64,000 nt of DNA, taken from NCBI RefSeq assembly GCF_964204865.1, contig NC_135256.1, positions 10,168,001 through 10,232,000 on the forward strand, in the 5' to 3' direction. Below are positions 39,601-52,147 of the stretch, piece after piece (position 1 is the first letter of the stretch; each line of letters begins with the position of its first letter). The position numbers and the translations under genes are program-made. The stretch is from Styela clava (taxonomy: Eukaryota). The notes under the pieces were generated by a model. It was not told the origin of the DNA. It saw nothing but the letters and a program-made list of their open reading frames with translations, and made no database searches.

Positions 39601-40133
39601 AAATGAGTGCAAACTTATTCATGCTATTCATGGAGGGATCATGGGTTTAGCAATCCGCCACCTTGCCTAACAGCAGTTTCATTCAACGGTCACCACATGT
39701 CTAATGAAAGCTACACAAATATGAAAAGTAAGCCGTGTGGCAACGTTGCTGTAGCATCCTACCTCTGAGCCGCTACTGGTATAAACATTTTCCAAAACGA
39801 GGGTACGAAACGTCATTAAAATGCCCAACTTGACGGCTCACACTGATATTTCACAAAGGCAACATATATAATTGAATTTCATTGACTTACCTCTTTAATT
39901 AGGTCATAATCATTCACGACGATAACTTCTTTTGTAGCAATTTTTATGGAAAATATAGATCCATACTCTTCTACCAATTTTTTGAAAGTTATGAACTGAT
40001 CTTCATGGAAAAATGGAAGGTATCCAAGTATAGGTAACCCCCATGGTCCAGGAGGATGATCTTTTTTTCGTTTGCGATAGTCAAGAAATAAAAATATTAC
40101 TGCAATCACGATGAGCGATATTGTGAAGTACAT
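33695..40133 (-). CDS. Cytochrome P450, CYP2 clan (microsomal), ~480 aa, 9 coding exons
   Basis: Exons 40133-39891 (TM + PPGPWGLPILG hinge), 39499-39357 (FSGRP), 38932-38836, 38498-38389 (AIANAAFCLVYGERSSYDDPEF), 37909-37800, 37510-37389 (NYIDKFL), 35292-35148 (I-helix ASIDTT), 34721-34564 (K-helix EVLR) and 34009-33695 (PERF, heme motif FSTGPRFCPG). Total 1443 nt, open frame. Confidence 0.93.
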
Positions 40134-40349
40134 ATTGAATATGTAACATGCGAACTTGTAAATATATTACAGAATTAAATAGTACGTATATACTGTAATT
40201 AAAATAATTTTTTTGTTATAAAAATTACAATGGTAAATAAATTTGTGGAAAGAAAAATTCCCCTAAAAATACGGGTATATGGGAAAATATTTTATGTCGT
40301 GATATTATTCCTTCATACTGCTCATATGATCCAAAATAACTTGCCCCCT

Positions 40350-40470
40350 TTCAACTATTAAAACACTGTATACATCATTGCATTCTCTGTGCGCCTGTGC
40401 CGACTGTTGTTTCCGATGTAAAAGTAGTTTAGAAGATGCTCTGATTTTAGTCAATTCTTTCTCCATATCA
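40350..40470 (-). mobile_element. Possible mariner transposase N-terminal HTH relic
   Basis: KIRASSKLLLHRKQQSAQAHRECNDVYSVLIVER resembles the Mos1-type first helix-turn-helix region. No TIRs seen. Confidence 0.35.
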
Positions 40471-42633
40471 AAAACGTGCCTGTACATCACGCTATTTAGG
40501 TAACAGATCAATGAAAACTTAGCCTTTTCTAATATATACCGTATTATCCAACTTATATATTGAGCTATCTATTTAAAAATAAATTTAATCACCTTTGAGG
40601 ATATGCTTTACATGTTGTACAAAACCAAAATTGCTTCACCAGGATATGTTGTCACTGTTATTACATTATTATATTTCCTACTAACTTGTGTATTTGTGTA
40701 AAATACTTGACGAAATTATAATAGATATTTGATTATATATATATTATTCACTATTACACTCAATCAAGTCATTTGAAGTTATTTTTACTAATTCATAATT
40801 ATACATTCTACTTAACACTTCTACCGCGTATTTTCCGGTTGAGATAGAAGGAAATGAGTTTTTAATCTAATCTTAGCTACACATGGACCATGCGTTGTTG
40901 AAGATTGCTTTTCAGGGACTTCAAAGTAAGTATGTACATTTTTCTCCATTCAAAGTAATATCTTGCCAACTGCGGAGTACGGAAGAGATTGGGTTGTTGA
41001 ATTTTCAATAGGAATTCGGAACGTCATAAAGTAAAATGTCGCGCAATCTTCTTGTATTACTCTGTCGCAAGCCTTCTCTTTTTGCTGCTCGGCGAACACC
41101 CAAACAAAATCATTTCATCTTAGATTCGAACATATATTAACTGAGCATTGCTAATTATCAACAGTACCTCAGATAGTTTTGTTATTACCACCTTTCAAAA
41201 ATCGTATTTATTCTCGATCTAAAAATCTATCCCTTAGGAAGAAGTAGCATTATACTCCTAATAAAATCGGTCAATTTCTTGACCTTGTTTTTACTATCCA
41301 TCTTTTCTTTCCATATTCAGTTTTACAGTAATTGAATAGGTACTAGCTTCGTGTGCCAGTAACTTCTCTGACACCAAACCACATATCGTCAGAAACATAA
41401 TTAAAGATGGCGGTACAAATTATTCATGTTACCTAGAAGTAGTTTATATTTGAAAGTAATATCTTAATTAAGCCATAATAAAATGATTTAAGGTTTATAT
41501 TCAATTACAAGTTTCGTCATTTTGACCAATTCGTTCTTGTTTGTTTCTTTGTACATTTCTTCTTAAGTATTTATCTGCCATTTTTCTTTCTAACAGGTAC
41601 GCATCATGCGTGGCGTGTATATCAATATCGCGCTACGTCTATAAATAATGCTTAGTATATCCTCAATTGGGACAGGAAATTATTTAAAGTGACACGTATT
41701 GACGTCCTGACACGAAATTTGAATTGTGTGGCGATATATTAAGAAATGTCTGCAATCAATCAGACAGAAAGTTGATGCTCGTAAATAAACAAAAAAGTAT
41801 TCGTAGAAAATCCAGTGTTTCAAATAAATCAAGACAAAAGAATGGTAATACTAACAAACGCACGCGTTAAAGTCAGAAAGAGATTCATTTTACTGGACGT
41901 CTCAGTGGGATAATATTAATCAAATTGGTTGGTATATAAAAATTTTATGTGAATCGTGTTTTTTATAGTATAAGCAGGGATCATTTTGATCCAAATGAGT
42001 AAATTACCATACCTGTCAATCGTCGGGAAAATATATAAGCCATACTCGTAGATTGGCCACCATCAATCGCGATCTACCAGCTTTTGCCCAGCTAAGCATA
42101 TACACTCGAGATCGGCGTGCGGAGATCTGATAATTTCGCTTTAGACCTAAAATTTGCACTTATACAATTAACGACATTTTGTTATTCAACTGATGCACTA
42201 TTCCCCAGATTACTCAGTATAGCAATATAATTTTTAATATTGGCAGAATACCTTAAATAAACTCACGAAGTTCATGTGGAAGTAGTTTGAGAATTGAATT
42301 TTCTCGGTCGGAATTACCATCATCCTGACTTGAATGGTATTTGGTGTTTGAAATTTTGTCGAACTTTGACAACAACAAAAAATCACATTCGTACCCGTCA
42401 CTGTTACTTAGCAAAAAGATGCTTGGCACTCGTCCTTCCTATATCATAATGAAACTTTTGTAAAACTGATTAAGAGATTTTTGATAGTTTATTCTTGGTC
42501 AAATTTAAGGCATACCCCTGTAAAAGTTTTGGAATTTGTACTGATTTTATGCCGTAAATACTCCCATTTCACGAAAATATAGACATATCTAACATTTTCT
42601 ATCTCGCATCCCACATATCGGTTTGCTTTAAAG

Positions 42634-42710
42634 CAGGGGTGTGCAACCTTTTTCGCAGGCGGGCCAGATATCAAAAACTAGGTAAAAGCGCGGGCCGCAC
42701 CTTCATTTTA
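42634..42710 (+). mobile_element. Left end of a hAT-Charlie-type element
   Basis: CAGGGGTGTGCAACCTTTT...GCGGGCC...GCGGGCCGCA, preceded by CTTTAAAG (a Charlie-like target). The right end was not found. Confidence 0.55.
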
Positions 42711-43531
42711 CATATCGTCACGCTAATAACCGATTGCGTAAGTCATTTTTGGCGATTTTGAGTTTTTTCTATAAAATAGGTATTTATGTAATGCTGCGCA
42801 CCTGTCTGTTAACTCAGATTTTATTTTAAGAATTCCGAAACCCATAAAAATGGAGATTGAGTATGACATTCACATTTGTGGAATTGTTTCGTCATAATGA
42901 ATTATCATTGTTAACGCAGGACTATTGTGACGTCACAAAAGCAAAATAACCTCGGCGAAGTATTTTCGAGTTTTTGCATCTCGGATTCTAGCTTAGCGCG
43001 TATTAATTTGAATTTGTACTACAGTATAGGAAGACGTGCACTTGTGATATTCACTGTCCGAGTCCAATTCACCTTGGTGGGCTTTTATATTGGGTGCATT
43101 GCTGTTTTATTCTTTATATTTAATCTTAGTTTTATTTCGGTGGGTGTGCAGAACGTGTTATATTGATGAAATATATATTTTTAAACATAAAAAATAATGT
43201 AATTGAAACTGATTAGCTATTTTGGGGATTGTAGAAACTAAGAATTACATTCGTTTTTGGAATGTTTAGTTTTCAGGATTGGTGCATATAGTAAAGTTGC
43301 AAAATTGCGTATGTCCCCAAGTCATAGACACATGTCTGCCTAAGTCACAGTGCGCCATTATGACGTCACTTAACTGCGTCATACAAATTAAATTAAATCC
43401 GGCTACGGTCAAAAAATTATGGCAAATTATTGACTCTCAATGGCATAACAATATCATTAGGAAGTTTTTTACGTTTTTCTCAAAATTGCTAAAAATGACT
43501 TACGCAATTCGGTTATTAGCGTGACCATATG
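42711..43531. mobile_element. MITE with ~50-bp terminal inverted repeats, superfamily unassigned
   Basis: CATATCGTCACGCTAATAACCGATTGCGTAAGTCATTTTTGGCGATTTTGAG at 42711 pairs with its reverse complement at ~43478-43531. Confidence 0.8.
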
Positions 43532-43549
43532 CTTTCTATTAGTTGCAAT

Positions 43550-43825
43550 CAATGTTCCCTCTAAGTTTTTGTCGAATGTGTGCGCAGAAATTTTGGTGTG
43601 TGCGCACTTTTTGGGAAATGACTAATATTTGTGCAAAAACCAATGAAGAAATTTTGGCGTTTTAACCGGGTAATAGGTGGGCCAACAACAAACTTTCTCA
43701 ACCTGCCAACCGAGAACATTGTTGCATTACATCGAAATACGTCTGTGCGCAGTAAATCTATGCGTGTGCGCAGCCTCTGAAAGCTGTGTGCGCGCGCACA
43801 CGCGCACACCTTAGAGGGAACACTG
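43550..43825. mobile_element. hAT MITE, 276 bp
   Basis: TIR CA(A/G)TGTTCCCTCTAAG, perfect 8-bp TSD GTTGCAAT (43542-43549, 43826-43833), TGTGCGCA subterminal motifs. Confidence 0.93.
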
Positions 43826-44466
43826 GTTGCAATAGTGTCTTTTTTATTGATCTTATGGCATTATTAGGGGTCCTTGCAGAAACGATCAGTTAAAACGCAT
43901 AAATTTTCGAAAACTGCTATTCAGATGTATCGCCGCAACGAATTTTAACGAATTCAGTGTAAGAAATTTGCTGCTGGATTTTTTTCCACGACTACTTTTA
44001 TCCAAATTTGCGTTAATGGAAGTGCTTTAGCAATTCGATATTCATTTTCAAAGTCTTAGTCTTTCAGGCGGTTTTAGGACGCTCATTTTAGAAAAAAAAT
44101 TGTTGAGCTGATAAGTGTCATATTCCAAGCCATGACTCGTTTCAAATGTAAAAAGTTATCTTGGTTGAGATGTTTTTGGTAAAAATCGTCAAGATTCATT
44201 TCCAAATAATATGCTGTCAAATGTTATTCTAGATTAGATTTAGACAAAATCATCTGATATGTTGGAACTAAAACTTATTTAGCTTTTGTATCTCTCAATA
44301 TGAAATTTCTTTCCAATTGCCTAATCTTTAATTGCTCGTTCTTACTATAATTCATTAGTGTCTGCTTCGCATTTTTCTCAAATTTATCGGTGTACATCAA
44401 GTGACAGCTTTGTGAATCGCGTTGTTCGTTTTGGTGTTAGGACATTGTAACCTCATAAGTATAGAT

Positions 44467-45095
44467 CAGCGTTTCCCAAACTGTGTTCCGCGAGCGTATT
44501 CGAAGTGTTCCGTGGAAAAGAAATTGGAAATACGTTTAAAATGTCGCCATGGCGATCTATGGCACGTGAAGTTGTCGCCCAACTGACTGTTCGATATCGC
44601 GTCACCGCCGGCCTAAAGTGGACTAACTAGGGTGGGGTAGTGCGGTTTTCGTGAACCGTCGGCCTAGCTTGTTGACTGTTAAGTTCATTATCAAGTTTAC
44701 AACAATGCTTTTGATTTTTCTATAGGCAAACAAGTAGGTGTAAACTAAAGAATGAAAGCAACAGGTCAACTCTTCTTTCTCCATCTCTGCTTGGTTTTAC
44801 TTTGAAATGGTGAAAATGAGAGAATCAATACATTTTCAAATATATATACAAAATATTAAAACCGATATCCAATTACTTATAAGTAACACATTTTTATGCA
44901 AAATAACTGCAAAACATAGATCATCAATCATTAAAAACGAGTAGTCGAGATTTATTGCTATCAACTAAGTAAAAACAAAATTTGCGTTATGAACTAGGTC
45001 TTATTTTAAGGGGAGGGCTTATATTAAAATCATTTTTAAAATGCAGGCTAGGTCTTGTTTTCCAGGGTAGGTCTCATTTTCGGGGAAACACGGTA
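44467..45095. mobile_element. Composite DNA transposon relics: hAT left end plus Tc2/pogo-like end
   Basis: CAGCGTTTCCCAAACTGTGTTCCGCG at 44467. The reverse complement of 44990-45095 begins TA-CCGTGTTTCCCCGAAAATGAGACC, a Tc2-type terminus. Confidence 0.5.
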
Positions 45096-45098
45096 AAA

Positions 45099-45377
45099 GC
45101 TGGGCTAAATTTAATACGAAGTTGATTTGAAACCGAGTACTTATCGAGTCAAATATTTGTACCCAACAAAAGTTTACATATAAAGTGTAACATTCTATCA
45201 GGTTTTCCCTTAAGGATTTCCCTGCCGTTTGAATGCAGTGTCGTAAAGAGGCTTTGTGGCGCATGTGGTTAGGGCATCTAACACTCGTAAATGCTGGGCT
45301 AAATTTAATTCGAAGTTGATTCGGAACCGCTAACTTTACCGAGTTAAATATTTGTACCCAACAAAAGTTTACATATA
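45099..45377 (+). repeat. ~86-bp direct repeat pair
   Basis: GCTGGGCTAAATTTAAT...TACCCAACAAAAGTTTACATATAA at 45099-45183 and 45293-45377. Confidence 0.85.
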
Positions 45378-45828
45378 AGAATATTGCTACATTAATATGA
45401 AAAATGAGGTCTAAAGCAAAGCGAATTGACATTATAGACAAAAACCTGAAACTGATAAAAGGGGTATTACACATTCAAAAATCTTTCTCGTTCGGGCGCT
45501 CCGGAAGTATTCGTACTAAGATGACGCACAGCCTGAACAACCCTGAGCTGGTACTCATACTATGTTCAGGTTGTGTACCATCTTGGTAGGAATACTTCAG
45601 GAGCACCCTCGTTTGGACATCTTTTTATTAGTACATAATACAAGGCATTATCTGAACGCGATAAATTACAGTTTTGAATCGGAAGATTTTATTTTAACCA
45701 CACAGAATGCTCCAATACCTGTTCTACCATCCCTCAGGCTATGATAAGACTTTGACAAACAAGCAGAATAATTTAATATAGAATTTATTAAAACTTTGTC
45801 AGAACCGTGAGGTTTGAATGCTTTTAGA

Positions 45829-48800
45829 TTAATTTTTATTTTTCGAAGATAACACAAACTGTGGTATAGAATAACCAAATAATTCATAATCTCTAGAATA
45901 AATATTGAACAGTTTCATCAATTTGTCCTTTGGAAGGCTTTCCAAGTACTCCTGATATTCCGTTTTCCATTTGTGTTTCAGCAACGGTATTTTTTCATCT
46001 GATTTAACTGTAAAAGAAAAATCGAACCCAAATGAGGCACAGAAAAAAGAAAGAAAATAGTTTTCGAATATTTTAGAAAACTAAAAATTTTCATTTCTAA
46101 ATGAAGGGTATGATGAGTGGTTCAAATATTATGCATGGCACTTCCATATTGTATCCTGTAACATTTCGTCTTGTTTTTGTGATACGAATTATTTGAACAA
46201 CTAAATATATCCGTTTTCATTCTTGCTAAAGTACCCTTGCAGTCAGTACGGACCCACTTATCTAAAATATCTGTATTTTGGAACTATCTTCTCTAATCCA
46301 AAGGAAGGTATGAATTACAAATGAAATGGAAAATTATCACAATGCATATCATATTAATTATATCTTCTTCAGGCGGAAATGATATAAAAAAGATACAGGC
46401 TTATTCTTGCCAATCACGAGCAGTAAAGATATTGCGCCAAATCTGAGAAAGAAAAAAATAGGGAATTCCAACAAGTAACTTTCTCACTTGAAGTTAAAAG
46501 ATGGCTGTCGATCCCTGTTATTTTAGACACATATTTCGCATCTTGTGACATCGTCTCCAGCTTGACAATATAGTTATATTGCAATCGACATGGATCACAT
46601 ATGCTTTCATATAAATCCCAGTGAGTGTCGTAAGTGGTTGAAGGTTTATTTATAATTGAATCAACAAATTCTTCGAATGTTGCATGACTACCTGTAGAAA
46701 ACAGTTTTCTAAAAAAATGATTATGGTTTGTGATGGTTATCGTGGGATTATTCACAAAGACATACAGACAAACAACTGTTTGAACTACACCTTGTATCAA
46801 ATGGTGTTGGAGCGATGGTGACCTAATTTTTCCTGTCCGACCTGGGGGCATCGCCAGGGGAAATGAGTAAAATAAAACTATTTCAAATCGTTTGAATGTC
46901 ATGTACTGAAAAAAGTAAAATAACCGATATCATTATTACTCGAATTAGGTTATATTCAAAAATAATGATTTGAATGATTAACTAATAACTCGAATAAATG
47001 AGACATACACTTACCAGTTCCATTGTGCATGGAAAGGGCTATTCTAGCATATTTTTTTCTACCGTGAACTATCTTATCAAGATATGCTGAAACGATACGT
47101 TCAAGTGGCTCTCGGACAACAATGATTCGGTAATATTCATTCAGTCGCTTGTTTATTTCTGCTCTAGTCCGTGTCGAATTATTTTTGAAGTGTAGCCACA
47201 AATATCTAAAATTTCGAATATATATACTATATAACTCCCCAGAGGCGGCATGGTTCATTCGAAGCTACTTCCATTCAAAATTGTCTTTTCCCCTCTCTTC
47301 TATCTATTCAATCGAAGTTATTATTGCATACCTTTTTTTCATTCCTAATTTGAAAGCATCTTCTTGTGCGATCTCCTCCGGCGAAGACGCATTTACGACA
47401 CCATCTGAAATAAGTAAAGCTTTTCTCCAACTTGTACTTCCACTCTTTGGGATCGTACATGCAATCAGCTGTTGTTGATACATGAAATACAGTTTTTGAC
47501 ATGAATATAGCCTTGGGTGTAGTTTGAGGACGCAACGAGTTGAATAAATTTTATTTTTTCAAGGAGACATATTAAGAAAAACGCGTGTATAGTTGTCAAG
47601 TAATATGAGGAATGGGAGGGAAGGTGTATTCAATTTATGTAACGCATTCTACAGTATATGTGATGGATGTTAGTCTTTATTCTATGACGTCGAAATTCAT
47701 TGTTGAAACGTTTGCCAACAGAGGGTGTAAAACAATTTGGAAAAACTGAACAAACAGAAAATCTATATTTTTTTTTGAATATAAAACAATTACAAATATG
47801 AACAACGATATTGTCGCAATTATATATTCTTAGAAAATAGGAGTACCGCTGGTGGATACATCCATGGGTGCAATACTTTTATGAATTCCTTTTTTTTCTA
47901 TGAAGTCAGCAACCGCGACTTTCCTCAACTAAAGACAACGTTCGCTCAATATGCCAATTTTATCAGCCAGTTTTATAATACTGTATCGATTTGCCCACGA
48001 AATACTGAAACAAATAAAACCTTTTATCAGTGATAAAATCATCTCACATAACGATTTTCGACAAAATTGGTCAAATCAAGATTGGCTAAAGAAGTTGATC
48101 GGACGATATCTATTTTAACTATGTTTACCATATATACCTTATGTTTATCAGAGTAATAGAGTTTTGGTTTACAAAGTGGGGGCAGAGAGTCCCATGTTCC
48201 GGACTTGATTGTTCCATTGTAAAACCTGGATCCACAGCGTTTTCTCAAATTTTCGTTCCTACTTTTTGCCAACTCCTCCATATTTCTTTTTGGTGAATAT
48301 GCCACTTTGGCAGCGCCACCAACAAAATGGTATTTTCTTGTTTCACCACGATTCGTTAAATATGACGACGTTACCTTAATAAAATAGTCAAAATTTGACC
48401 CCATTCAAGTCATAGTTATACAGAGCTACACATGTCTTTGAAAATTTGCCTAAAAATCTAATATAAAGTATCAGACTGCATTTAGTAGAATTACAAATAA
48501 ATCTACGCCATTCAGAGGTATATTTGACTTGTTGCATGAATAGTGTGAGAAGTTTTTGTCGCAAGAAAAATAGCAAGTTATCCTTCGAAACAATAATTGA
48601 CGCATTGCATTTTCTTATCTATTATAAATAGACGATACTTTGGTGAACGCGATAATGTATTGACGCTCTGGCTTATCTAAGTCTACATCGCAAATTAAAA
48701 TATCTCTTTTTCAACTATGTTCAGTCTATGGTCTATACTTCAGTGAGCGATAAATTGATTTGGCTTCATCAAACCTGCGAGATGCTGGTTCATCAAAACC

Positions 48801-48957
48801 AAGTGTTTTTCATATCTGTCTGCCTATTTAGAATCTGATTCGAAACAAAAGTATAAAATCCTAATAAAATTATTTGACCCACGTTTATATATATAAAGAA
48901 ACCTAACAACAGGACGAAACAGGTGATCGTGCACTTGTTCAGGTGTGACAAATCCAT
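45829..48957 (-). CDS. ST-E: CHST11-like carbohydrate sulfotransferase, second subfamily, ~340 aa
   Basis: Exons 48957-48883 (MDLSHLNKCTITCFVLLLGFFIYIN; alternative ATG at 48978), 48374-48138, 47468-47332 (CTIPKSGSTSWRK), 47205-47015 (VREPLERIVSAYLDK), 46691-46488 (HWDLYESICDPC) and 46007-45829 (RDYELFGYSIP..TAA). Confidence 0.9.
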
Positions 48958-49519
48958 GATTATATTTGGAGACTGCATACTCCACAAAACGTACCAATTA
49001 CGTTCAAAACATATTTATCATTCCATAAAATTTTTAGTCCATTTTCTTCTATGCCTCAAGCTCATATAACTCGAACAAAAGATTGAACTTGAAAGTTAAA
49101 ACCTTAGCGACCTCGAAAACGAACGAATTGAAGTAGTCGTTAATTTTTGTTTGTATGTGAATGTGAAGTGATTAGGCCTCGGGGGTATATACATACAACT
49201 GGCGACGTTTGGTGACTTATATAGACGATTAACTTTGCTGGAATAAACCTAAGATTAAATATGACTACAACCTTGTGGTTTTTATCTGAGAAAGCTGGAA
49301 CGGAAACTATTTTTGAGCGTTTTGATCTCATTCAATTATAATATTGGTCGGATGGTGTTGATGACAGTGACTGCTCTTTGATAGACTTCTACTCTGATCA
49401 TTTCGATTCATTTCAAAGCATTGCAGGAAATTTAAATAAGGGTTTAGTCCCCAAATCGTGGCACTTTGGTGTTCCCACATACCTTATTTGCCTCATATGA
49501 ATATTCTAATCTGGGCTAA

Positions 49520-49800
49520 AGCCGCTAGGCCTCCGTTACGGCCTTTTTGATGTGCTGGCCGCTGAGTACTGACTTGATAAAGCTGATGACTTATAAATGT
49601 CCAAATGCTGCAAAAACCCAGCTTAGTTATATGGTTGCCAGTTCATGGCGGGTATGCGTGGTGGGAAGAAGCTGTCAGCGATCCTATCGCAATTTATCAT
49701 CTCCCACGGGATCCGAACCTGCGAACCCACGCGGGATAATCGTAGATGCGACGTTAAGCGTATTCTTAACGCTTAGCATGATCCGCCACTCAGCATGGCC
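49520..49800 (-). mobile_element. tRNA-derived SINE-like element
   Basis: The minus strand has an A-box-like TGGCGGATCATGCTAAGCG and a B-box GGTTCGGATCCC (49708-49719), with a long intervening arm, followed by a non-tRNA body. Confidence 0.6.
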
Positions 49801-51651
49801 GCGGTTACCTAAAGTGTCCTCGGACATAGCTACTTTGTACATTAAAATACGTATTCTCACCCACCCACAGAACGAATTATAAAAGGTAGTTTTGCGGGAA
49901 ACAAAGATAACGGCCTAACAGACCTTAGTCATTCAAAATCATCCTACGCGCAAAAATAAGAGACATGAACAAAACAATTCCAACATTGGCTCTTATGGGG
50001 AATGTGATCACCAGAGCAGAAATTTGTTATTTTCTATTTATCTTTTGTTGTAAACGTGGGCAGTTTTATATATAGAGTGTTTTCTAGATATTCTTCAATA
50101 TTTTCATGACGATAAACATGGTCAAAGTTTTTGATAATCGCACATTAAAATTTTATTGGGCGTGGCGTTTCCGCTGGCGTCTCTCCTAGACCATGACATT
50201 CTTCCAGCCTGTGAAATATGCGCGCTAACTGCGGCGCTAATGTACCAGGGTACGGTACCGGTACTGGAAGCGTTTAACATTGGCAGTCTATAATCTATAC
50301 CGATACCATTTCACTCGCGTTTGTTTACTGGTTTTACGCAGTTATAAGTGTACAGCTAGCAACCATTTACTGAAGGCATGCTAACGGCAGTCATGTTATT
50401 CAAACTGTCGGTATGGGCCCCAGCGGGGTCGTTTTCAAACGGCCTGGTGTTATTAAATTCCGTCTTCAGTTCTTCAATCTTTATAGTTCTGTATGTGAGA
50501 AGATAACATTAATGATAACTAGACCTAATTAAATTTTTATAAATCATTTACTTGTATTGTAGGCTTGTTCTTGGTTCCTTCTGTTCTTCATTTCTACAAT
50601 ATACATAGTTCTGAATCTGAGAAGCTAAGATAGCATTAAATCTTTCCACTGTGGATTATATATTGTCCCCATTGATTATCAGCTGTGAAAACTTTTTAGG
50701 CGAGTTTATTTTTATAGTATGTTAAGTGATTTTTATAAACTTTTCATTTACTAAAACTGTATTTTTCTTTCTGTTTACTGCGATTTCAGGTTGTAGATAT
50801 CGGTCACTAGTTGGCCGATATATCAATATCGGTCGAGCTCTACTCTGATCCCTGTCTCTTTGAAAGCTGGGCAACTGGTGAACTGTATCTGAGGAGGGGG
50901 CCTGCACTCTCGTCAGCTGGAGCGCTGTTGTTGTTAAAGGTCCACGAGCGATGTATTGCTCTGTCGGCCGGTGTTGCACCTAAGGCAAGTTGGTCAACAT
51001 AGTTGGCGGTTCAAACTGATGGTCAGTTTAAAATAGCGAAGATCGCACTAAATCTACACTTTTTGTATCTGTCTAACTTTAGTATGACATGCCCCAAACC
51101 TCTATATGTGATATACCTATATTTCAATGGAATACATGTGGCATCAGTATGAACGCAACGCTAATGTTGGTTCCGATTTATTCCTAATTTGCTTAGATCA
51201 TTTTGTCGAACAGCCTGCCACCAACATTTATTCCTGTTAGTTGTGCAAATTTGACATCAATCGGGTGCGCACAACTTCCAGGATTATTACCTGAGAGTTC
51301 AATTTTACTGGAGACATCATTGAATATTTTGCTAATTTCGTTTAAAAAATTAGCTTACATAACTATTGAATGTTTCACAATGTCAATTCAATTCACTAAA
51401 CGTTCACGAAATATAACATAACATAACTTTTTAAATTTTATGTAGTAAATACATGCACGTGGTTTCACCAGGTGTTTTACTCGTTTAGATGAAGAAATCG
51501 AGCAATCGCGCTTTTACTTTTAGAGGCCATTTTGAAATAGATTAAACGTTGTTCCCTATAGTCGTAAGTATTATTTAATTTGCGAGGTGGGGCTTTATTG
51601 CTTCGGGATAGTAGGAGCGAATTTCGAAATTTTGTTTAGGTTATATGTTAT

Positions 51652-52147
51652 CAGTGCTTCTCAACCTTTTCCAGTTCGCGAACCACTTTTATTGCGATTT
51701 TGTTGTGTGACCCACAAGGAGGTGTCGATATATAAGAAAAAAAAAACAATGTATCCTCATGCAATTTACTATTAATGCAAAACTTGGCTTGCGTATTGGA
51801 TATTATTCAAGACTTGATAAAATACACACGCAACGTAGCATTAACACTCAACACATTGTGCGTTTGGCTCAAAGTCATTTCCTGCCCTAATGAAACCGAA
51901 TTTGATGTAATCAGAGTCATATTTCCTCACTAAAACTTTTCGAGCTTTCCTTCTTTCACTTTTTACTTCGCTACCTTTTCTTTTTAAAAAATTATTCATT
52001 TTCTGGCAATACGTAACAATTTTTTATAATTGTTACGTAATCATAATGTCACAACTTTCACGATCTAATCGAAAACTGTATGTAACGTTTGAAGTACTTT
52101 GCGACCCACCCTGAATGGCTTCGCGGCCCACTGTTTATGAAGCACTG
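51652..52147. mobile_element. hAT MITE, ~496 bp
   Basis: TIR CAGTGCTTC...GAAGCACTG, GCGACCCAC subterminal motifs, partial TSD TGTTAT. Homologous halves lie at ~59450-59790 and ~60770-60897. Confidence 0.8.

Noticed and set aside
33695-40133. Assigning a specific CYP (e.g. CYP2U1/2J) or CHST gene symbol
   Set aside because: These appear to be lineage-specific paralogues, and orthology cannot be established without a phylogeny.
49700-49800. Functional tRNA gene
   Set aside because: A and B boxes are present, but there is no convincing acceptor stem or cloverleaf and it continues into a SINE-like body.
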